Origin: Eledone cirrhosa
Lineage: Eukaryota
DNA length: 64,000 nucleotides
Assembly (NCBI GenBank): GCA_964016885.1
Contig: OZ024761.1
Span: 8,804,001 to 8,868,000 of the forward strand
Direction of reading: 5' to 3'
The translations under genes and the position numbers were made by a program. Shown piece after piece: positions 55,520-64,000 of this stretch. How positions within the stretch are numbered: the stretch's first letter is position 1; every line of letters starts with the position of its first letter. Below the pieces are notes generated by a model. It was not told where the DNA came from and did not search any database. It worked only from the letters and a program-made list of their open reading frames with translations.

Positions 55520-55570
55520 AGATTCTACAGGACTAGAACTGTTTCATTCTTTAGAAATCATCAGGAATCT
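55520..55570 (-). ncRNA. Type I hammerhead motif (family B) in fold-back element 55505-55700
   Basis: Stem I agauuc/gaaucu, CUGAUGA, short stem II, GAA-ACAG..CUGU-A. Confidence 0.78.
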
Positions 55571-55763
55571 GGGTATCAAAAAATAAATATGGTATTTATA
55601 GGTCTCTACAAGTGGTAGGAGAGGGTGGGGAGTGGGATGATGATTTCTAAAGAATGAAACAGTTCTAGTCCTGTAGAATCTCATCTATATTAAAACTTTT
55701 ATACTCTGCATAGTATTGAGTACCTTACTTACTGTGGTTACCTCCGATTCAACCCGGAATAAC

Positions 55764-55809
<46 letters not shown>

Positions 55810-55850
55810 ATTCAAATATTAATAAAATAGATGTTCTTGTGATCAATTAA

Positions 55851-55916
55851 ATTTTATTATATATATTTCAGAGGTACGTGAATCAGGTTCAACAGTACGT
55901 CCTCATCAGATAAAAT
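55851..55916 (-). ncRNA. Type I hammerhead motif (family D)
   Basis: Stem I auuuuau/auaaaau, CUGAUGA, stem II with guac/guac pairing, GAAAU-auau-AUA. Confidence 0.72.
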
Positions 55917-55987
55917 AAAATGATACATGACATACCCTGAGATGTTAGATGGTTAAGATTTAATCAAGGTAGTATATATATATATAT

Positions 55988-56100
55988 AGGAAAATGTATG
56001 ACCCCGACAGCAGAGCTCAAGCCGTTTCGACGGCTATTTCTGGACCAGAAATAGCCGTCGAAATGGCTTGAGCTCTGCCGTCGGGGTTAATCATTTTCCT
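55988..56100. repeat. Near-perfect palindrome of the GAGCTCAAGCCGTTTCGACGGCT family
   Basis: Centre at about 56044. The family also occurs at 59155-59453, 60296-60435 and 56512-56650. Confidence 0.9.
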
Positions 56101-56159
56101 ATTACCTAATCTACTACCCTAAGTATTGAGTACTCTGGTGCGTTATTGTCCATCTGGTT

Positions 56160-56208
<49 letters not shown>

Positions 56209-56286
56209 TAAAAGGAAAAGAAAATGCTGACAAATAGTTTAATTAGGAATAAGTATAAATTAGTAATAAGTATTGGTTAGTATTCA

Positions 56287-56458
56287 GTTTTAGTTTTAAG
56301 TTTTTACCGGTTGCGCATTTCTAATGCTTTTCAAAAATAATTTTGAGATAGAGCGCCCGTGATGTTTGCTCTAGAGCAAACATCACGGGCGCTCTATCTC
56401 AAAATTATTTTTGAAAAGCATTAGAAATGCGCAACCGGTAAAAACTTAAAACTAAAAC
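56287..56458. repeat. Perfect 172-bp palindrome with no loop
   Basis: Centre GCTCT|AGAGC at 56372/56373. Confidence 0.92.
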
Positions 56459-56977
56459 GAATTGTAAAAGGGATGGGTTATGGGGAGTTAATATATATAT
56501 ATATATATATATATAGGAAAAGAGTCAGGGTTAGGGTTAGGAACTCAGCCGTCGGGGTCCTGACTTTTTTCCTATTACCCACTCTACTACCCTAAGTAAC
56601 GAGTACTCTGGTCTGTTATGGTCCACCTGGTATCTTACCACACTTTCTTTGTTATATATATATTATATATAGTGTATATATAATATATATATAGTGTATA
56701 GTGTATATATGATATGATATATATATATATATATACAAACACATATATGCATTTATACACACATACAAAACAGACACACTCCGACACACAGACATGCACC
56801 CATTCACCAGAAACAACTGAATCGAAACATTATTTTTGCGGAAGACAGAAAGCAGCAGTAAGCAGAGGACGCAAAGAAAGAAAGAACCACAGAAAGACAC
56901 ACATAGGACTTGCTTTTTTCTCCCTTCTCTTTCTTTCTCTCTCTCTCTCTCTACACACACACACATATATATATAGA

Positions 56978-57318
56978 TGGAGGCACATGGCTTAGTGGTT
57001 AGAGCAATGGTCTTGCAATCGAAAGGTTGTGAGTTCAATTCTCAGACCGGGTGATGTGTTGTTTCCTTGAGCAAGACACTTTATTTCACATTGCTCCAGT
57101 TTACTCAGCTGTAGAAATGAGATGATAGGGACTGGGGTCCCCCTCATTCCACTGCAAAGTGGTCGTGGAGGTGCCACGGAGAAAAAGCACTCAGCACTCA
57201 CTGTAAATGAGGTTGGTGTTAGGAAGGGCATCCAGCTGTAGAAATCAAGCCAGAACCAGTTCCCGTCCCACCCTTGCAAGCAGGGAAAAGTGGACGTAAA
57301 ATGAAATGATGATGATGA
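56978..57318 (+). mobile_element. SINE family 1 copy
   Basis: Near-identical to 5868-6218. Confidence 0.9.
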
Positions 57319-57416
57319 TATATGAAGTAATTCCGTCGGAAAGGTCCAGGAAAAAAGAGTGTTCTATGTAGGTTACAGAGCTTATTAGTTATGTCATAAA
57401 CAACATAAGATAATTA

Positions 57417-57477
57417 TTTCATTTACCAGTGGTTTCTTGAAAGCAAACAAAATTTGCTTTCAGTCATCAGAATGAAA
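57417..57477 (-). ncRNA. Canonical type I hammerhead ribozyme (family E) in fold-back element 57386-57546
   Basis: Stem I uuucauu/aaugaaa (7 bp), CUGAUGA, stem II ugaaagcaaa/uuugcuuuca (10 bp), GAA-ACCA-c-UGGU-A. Confidence 0.85.
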
Positions 57478-58428
57478 AAATCCTGGTGTCTTTCCAGAAA
57501 CCACTGGTAAATCAAATAATTATCTTATGTTGTTAATTACATAACTATATTTATATATACACAGTGGCGGCGGATTGGCAGTATTGGTAGAGGGTCGAAC
57601 GCCATGCTTTGACGCATAGAGTTACGGCCCTTGCCATTCTGAGTTCAAATCCCGCCGAGGTTAACTTTGCCTTTCATCCTTACGGGGTCGATAAAATAAA
57701 GTACCAGTAATACACTGGGTAATTGCTGGCCTTGTGCCTCACGTAGAAACAAACATATATTTATATATAGACACACATATGTCTAGAACTAGTATGTATT
57801 GAAACGGCAAAAGCTCAGCCGTCGGGTCTCCACTCTTTATAGTATCGAGTACCCTGTTGAGTAATGATCTAACCAGTTACATACTGGTTTACACACAAAC
57901 ACATACACACACACTCACACATACACACACTCACACACACATACACACACTCACACACACACACGCACACACATACACACACATTCACACATACACTCAT
58001 ACACACACACACTCACTCATACACACACTCACATACACACACACACTCACACATACACACACTCACACATACACACACACACACTCATACACACACACTC
58101 ACATACACTCACGCACTCATACACACACACACACACTCATACACACACACACTCACGTACATACACTCATACACACACACTCACATACACTCATACACAC
58201 CCACCCATCCACACCCACACCCACCCACACACACACACTCATACACACACACTCACATACACACACACTCACACACACACACTCATACACACACACTCAC
58301 ATACACACACACACACACACACTCATACACACACACACACACTCATACACACACACACACACTCATACACACACACTCACATACACACACACACACTCAC
58401 ACACTCATACACACACACACACACAGAC

Positions 58429-58476
<48 letters not shown>

Positions 58477-58663
58477 GATGGCTGCACACTCTGCTAAGAG
58501 TATTGCAATCGCTCGTCAGATTACAGAAAATGGTGGACCTTTAGGCTACGGGCAGTCACACTAATTTGTAACACAACCTGAATAAGCAATGCCTGTGCTT
58601 TGAACGTTTTTTAAGTGGGGAAAGGCCTTGCACCCCCCCCCCCCCCCACACACGCACGCACAC

Positions 58664-58703
<40 letters not shown>

Positions 58704-58891
58704 GAAACAATTCTAGTCCTGTAGAAGCCTTTTCTATATTAAATATTTATACTCTGTTTTGTATTGAGTACCTTACTTACTGTGGTTACCCCTCGATTGA
58801 ACTCGGGATAAACTTATAAGGAAGTTCCAACCGTTAAGATTGTCTTTTTTCAGGGTATGTCAATATTTATTTATAAAACTAATCTGTATTG

Positions 58892-58957
58892 TATTTTATC
58901 TGATGAAAGCGCACCATAATTTGCCTTGGTGGCCCTTGAAATATGTATAATAAAATA
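58892..58957 (+). ncRNA. Type I hammerhead motif (family D)
   Basis: Stem I uauuuuau/auaaaaua, CUGAUGA at 58900, cacca/uggug in stem II, GAAAU-augu-AUA. Confidence 0.78.
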
Positions 58958-59093
58958 AATATGGTTTTATAAATATAGTTTCCATTTGTTAATATATTGT
59001 ATATTTACTTCACTAATTTGTTGAGTGCTTTATATCAGTTATAAAAATATTTTTAAGCTTGTTGTATCCCAACAAATTAAATATAACCTCTGC

Positions 59094-59154
<61 letters not shown>

Positions 59155-59157
<3 letters not shown>

Positions 59158-59453
59158 CGAAGGAAATGTGGTAAGGAACCAGATGGACCATAACGCACCA
59201 AAGTACTCAATACTTAGGATAGTAGAGTGGGTAATAGGAACGAGTAGGACCCCGACGGCTGAGCTCAAGCCGTTTCGACGGCTAATTCTGGATTAATTCG
59301 ACGGCTAATTCTTAGTCCAGAATTAGCCGTCGAAACGGCTTGAGCTCAGCCGTCGGGGTCCTACTCGTTCCTATTACCCACTCTACTACCCTAAGTATTG
59401 AGTACTTTGGTGCGTTATGGTCCACCTGGTTCCTTACCACATTTCCTTCGTTA
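59155..59453. repeat. ~300-bp fold-back element between (TA)n and (CA)n
   Basis: Arms are reverse complements with about two mismatches. The spacer contains a short re-copied segment (TTCGACGGCTAATTCT). Confidence 0.92.
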
Positions 59454-59941
59454 CACACACACACACACACACACACAGAGTTTAACAACAAACGCCTGCT
59501 GTAGTAGTAACAATAACAATCAACATTAACAAGAGGGCGGTGATGTAGCAGTAGGAGGAGAAGGAGGAGGTGAAGGTAGAAGCAGTTTATTCATTCGACG
59601 TGGATTGCTACCGCGCAAGTACTGTAATTACTTCTCTACCACTGTTAAATTCTATATTTATATATAGATATATAAATAATCACTGTAGATATATAGAGGG
59701 AGATTTTCAAATTATAATTCTTCTGGATTGGTAAATATTTATTTTAATTCAGTTTGTTTTCTATATATATATATGTGTATATATACTTCTTGTTGATTTG
59801 TATATGTGTGTATATATTTATTTATGTATATATGTATGTATATATAAATATATACCTGATCGGACTGAATACAGGCACGTGAATATATATAATCATTCAT
59901 TCATTTATATATAAATGAGCATGTATTGGAATATTTGTATC

Positions 59942-59979
<38 letters not shown>

Positions 59980-60112
59980 ATATATGTGTGTGTGTATATA
60001 TGTGTGTGTGTATATATGTATGTATGTGTGTTATCCCGGGTTCAATCGGGGGGTAACCACGGTAAGTAAGGTACTCAATACAAAGCAAAGTATAGATGTT
60101 TAATAGAGAAAA

Positions 60113-60161
60113 GCTTCTACAGGACTAGAACTGTTTCATTCGTGAGAAATCATCAGGAAGC
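60113..60161 (-). ncRNA. Type I hammerhead motif (family B) in palindrome 60100-60222
   Basis: Stem I gcuuc/gaagc. The opposite arm repeats the core without stem I. Confidence 0.78.
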
Positions 60162-60221
60162 CTGATGATTGCTCACGAATGAAACAGTTCTAGTCCTGTA
60201 GAAGCTTCTTCTATATTAAAC

Positions 60222-60257
<36 letters not shown>

Positions 60258-60433
60258 GTTTAATATATATATATATGAACGAGTAGGACTAAATTTAGTC
60301 CAGAATTAGCCGTCGAAACGGCTTGAGCTCAGCCGTCGGGGTCCTACTCGTTCCTATTACCCACTCTACTACCCTAAGTATTGAATACTTTGGTGCGTTA
60401 TGGTCCATCTGGTTCCTTACCACATTTCCTTCG

Positions 60434-60478
<45 letters not shown>

Positions 60479-60547
60479 GATGACTTCTACGGGACTAGAT
60501 CTGTTTCATTTATATGTAATCACGAATAAAACACGTTCTTCGGGCAC

Positions 60548-60591
<44 letters not shown>

Positions 60592-60662
60592 GTGTGTGTG
60601 TGTGTTCGGATCTAGCTGTCGAAAGGGCTGGAGCTCAACCATTCAGGGTCCTGACTATTTTC

Positions 60663-60704
<42 letters not shown>

Positions 60705-60954
60705 GTCTATCTATCTATATGTTATCGTTTAACTGAAGGTCAGTCACCCTGATTCAGTTGACATATAGTGAAAGACGTTCCAGGCGTGACCATTTCGTCT
60801 ATTCATGTACCAGAGGCTATGTGTACTTTATATAGTCTAATTGGCCTTTATTTCAGACTGTACATTGATAACTTTTGGGTAATTTTTCGCTGTTAAAACC
60901 AGCCTGTTGCAGCCTAGTAGCAGAAGGAAGCTCATCATTTGGCTTGAGTGTGTG

Positions 60955-60989
<35 letters not shown>

Positions 60990-61080
60990 CCAAAGATTGA
61001 TATGGTTCGTTGATTACTCAACGAATACAATATTACAATAGATTAGAAGCACTCAGCAGTTGATTTTTCTGGAGTTTTTA

Positions 61081-61172
61081 ATATTATTCAAAATGTTAAT
61101 ACATGAAAAATATTCTCATAATCAAAATATATATTTTGATTATCAGAATATTTTTCATTTATTAACATTTTG

Positions 61173-61228
<56 letters not shown>

Positions 61229-61272
61229 CAAAATGTTAATAAATGAAAAATATTCTGATAATCAAAATATAT
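61081..61272. repeat. AT-rich ~100-bp palindrome plus a third arm copy across (TA)n
   Basis: ATTATTCAAAATGTTAAT..CAAAAT arms. Confidence 0.85.
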
Positions 61273-61442
61273 ATTTATATATATATATAATCGGAGAAAG
61301 CTAATAGCGATACTCCGGCTAAATTCCAACTCACTCAACAAACATTAGGAAATACCTGAGTATATTCCTAATTAAACGTTCGGGGTGCTAACTATATTGT
61401 ATTGTGTGGAGAATTGGCTGTATCATTTCATATGAGATATAT

Positions 61443-61518
<76 letters not shown>

Positions 61519-61519
61519 A

Positions 61520-61572
61520 GAGCTTCTACAGGACTAGAACTGTTTCATTCGTGAGAAATCATCAGGAAGCTC
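61520..61572 (-). ncRNA. Type I hammerhead motif (family B) in palindrome 61514-61622
   Basis: Stem I gagcuuc/gaagcuc, intact core, GUA site. Confidence 0.8.
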
Positions 61573-61891
61573 CTGATGATTTCTCACGAATGAAACAGTT
61601 CTAGTCCTGAAGAAGCTCTTCTATATTAAAACATTTATACTCTGCTATGTATTGAGTACCTTACTTACTGTGGTTACCCCCGATTTAACCCGGAATAACT
61701 TATATATAATAATAATAATATATATATATATAATAATATATAATAATATATATATATATATATATAATAATAATAAGGGTTGACGGACCCAGCATATTTA
61801 TCAATGCCAGTACCGGTTGTATCTCAGCGCACTCAATAGGCAATGTAAGATACATTACCAGAGTATACACATAGTTATTTGCCTCAACACA

Positions 61892-61982
<91 letters not shown>

Positions 61983-62384
61983 CACACATACATACCGAGG
62001 CAATTTATTTTCTTACTTTAAACGTTCGTAAATCGATTAAATAATTCAATATAATTTAATCCTATATATATATAATTACAATTAAAGATTCAGCGAGAAT
62101 CGCATTTTCGGTGGGCAGGAAAAGCAAAGGAAACGCAAAAATCAGAAATGATACTGGCAAAGTGCTCAATAGTTAAAAACCAGAGCTAAACAATGTGTTA
62201 ATAAGCCATACAAAACTGAAAAGGTGGTCAAGAAGGCATTAACCCCAAGCCCAAAACCAAATGAAGCTAAACAGGTCAAAACAAAATAAATGATAAATGA
62301 TAATCAGATGTGTAGTAAAAACCAGGTAGATCACAACCCACCAGAGTACTCGATACTTGGCGTAGTAGAGTGGGTCCTGAATAT

Positions 62385-62425
<41 letters not shown>

Positions 62426-62562
62426 TACTTTGGGAGGGTCATGTTGCCAATAAGAAACACACGCACCAGTTGCTTTCACTTCAATTTATTATTATAAATT
62501 TAGGAATTTATAAATTTCCGGTTGGTTGGTTGGTTCCACAACCAGATGGTTGTTTATATATT

Positions 62563-62605
62563 GTCAAAGTTCTTTCGTCACACATTCTGTGACCTCTTCA
62601 GTGAC
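62563..62605 (-). ncRNA. Minimal type I hammerhead motif (family C)
   Basis: Stem I guca/ugac, CUGAAGA, stem II gucaca/ugugac, GAAAgaacUU. Confidence 0.75.
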
Positions 62606-62722
62606 TGGGGGATTCTTTTCTTTGTTTTTGTGCCTCTCCTTTGTTCTGTCCTACACCATCTTGTTTTATATATACATATACACAATGATATTAAATGGAA
62701 ACTATAAGTATAAAACCATATT

Positions 62723-62783
62723 TATTCAATTATATATATTTCAAGGGTACCTACATTTTGGTACGCTATCATCAGATAAAATA
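62723..62783 (-). ncRNA. Hammerhead motif (family D) in fold-back element ~62677-62971
   Basis: CUGAUGA, guacc/gguac stem II, GAAAU; stem I partly degenerate. Confidence 0.62.
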
Positions 62784-63051
62784 CAAAAAGTTTTATAAAT
62801 ATTTGACATGACCTAACGGTTCAAGTTATCCCTGGAAAGTTAGTCCAGGGATAACTTGGACCGTTAAGGTATATCATCCTTGGTCATGTCAAATTTTGGT
62901 ACCCTTGAAATATATATAATTGAATAAATATGGTTTTATAAATATAGTTTCCATTTAATATCATTGTATATTTACTCCAGAAACTTGTCGAGTGCTCTGA
63001 ATCAGTTATAAATATTTGCTGTATTTCCAACAAATTAAATATCTCATTCTA

Positions 63052-63095
<44 letters not shown>

Positions 63096-63096
<1 letters not shown>

Positions 63097-63448
63097 TATC
63101 GCCGTATTTTGACTAAAGAAATTAAAGAAATTATTTAGCCTGATATTGGGGTTAAGAACCCTCAGAGAAATGGAAAAAGATGAGTATTGACGTACATGGG
63201 AGTCGAACCCACATCTTGAGCATTGACGTACATGGGGTTGGTGTAAATGGTAGCACAGTGGTCCGGATAACCAAAGATGTGGGTTCGACTCCCATGTACG
63301 TCAATACCCATCTTTTTCCATTTTTCCGAGGGTTCTTAACCCCACTATCAGGCTAAATAAGTTCTTTAATTTCTTTAGTCAAAATACGGCGATAGCTTAC
63401 ATTTCTAATAATTTCAAACCCACTCGCTGTTTCTAAAATATTCTTACT

Positions 63449-63498
<50 letters not shown>

Positions 63499-63503
63499 AG
63501 TAA
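63096..63503. mobile_element. Second fold-back tRNA-headed element
   Basis: Same family as 53076-53587; tRNA-like head at about 63233-63304. Confidence 0.8.
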
Positions 63504-63593
63504 GAATATTTTCGAAACAGCGAATATGTTGATATGTTGATTTAAAACTGCACTATCCACAAGTGTTTTTTAGCCTTCATATCATGTTCTCCT

Positions 63594-63662
63594 GTTTTAT
63601 CTGATGAAAACACAAATATTATTGCTTGATGATGTTTGTTTTTGAAATGCGTATAATAAAAT
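63594..63662 (+). ncRNA. Type I hammerhead motif (family D)
   Basis: Stem I guuuuau/auaaaau, CUGAUGA at 63601, GAAAU-gcgu-AUA. Confidence 0.68.
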
Positions 63663-63693
63663 ATATGGAACTCCTTTAACCATCTTTTGATCT

Positions 63694-63740
<47 letters not shown>

Positions 63741-64000
63741 TCATCATCATCTAACGTCCTTTTACGGTTCACAATCGCAAGGTCGTGAGATCAATTCCCG
63801 GCGGTGTGTTGTATCCTTGAGCAAGACACTCCATTTCACGTCGCTCCAGTCCACTCAGCTGACAAAAAATGATGAATTGTACCTGTAATATAATGGGTGG
63901 TGGTGGGCAGCCTTGTCACACATTGTGTCGTGCCGAATCTCCCTGAGAAGTTGCTGTGTTAAGGGTGGACTGTATTAAGAGGTCACGCTCTTGCATTGTT

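Overview
Repeat-rich animal genomic DNA; the repeat repertoire looks like an octopus or related cephalopod (inference). Almost all listed ORFs are microsatellite or satellite artefacts. Supported content: (1) a spliced RNF215-like PA/RING-H2 E3 ligase gene on + (eight exons, 2975-36420; 5' exons lie outside the window and the TM exon was not located); (2) a DUF4638/C16orf78-like gene on -, with four phase-compatible exons interleaved with the RNF215 exons; (3) an intact two-ORF Tx1/L1-clade LINE (40593-46206) inside a 60-bp satellite; (4) RTE, CR1 and R4/Dong LINE fragments and three SINE families; (5) several minisatellites that are visibly amplified pieces of adjacent transposons; (6) about 14 type-I hammerhead ribozyme motifs from about five families, with compensatory stem changes, mostly in short fold-back elements embedded in (TA)n tracts, plus a tRNA-headed element with the same architecture. 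All calls were made by eye, family names come from remembered motifs, and repeat boundaries are approximate.
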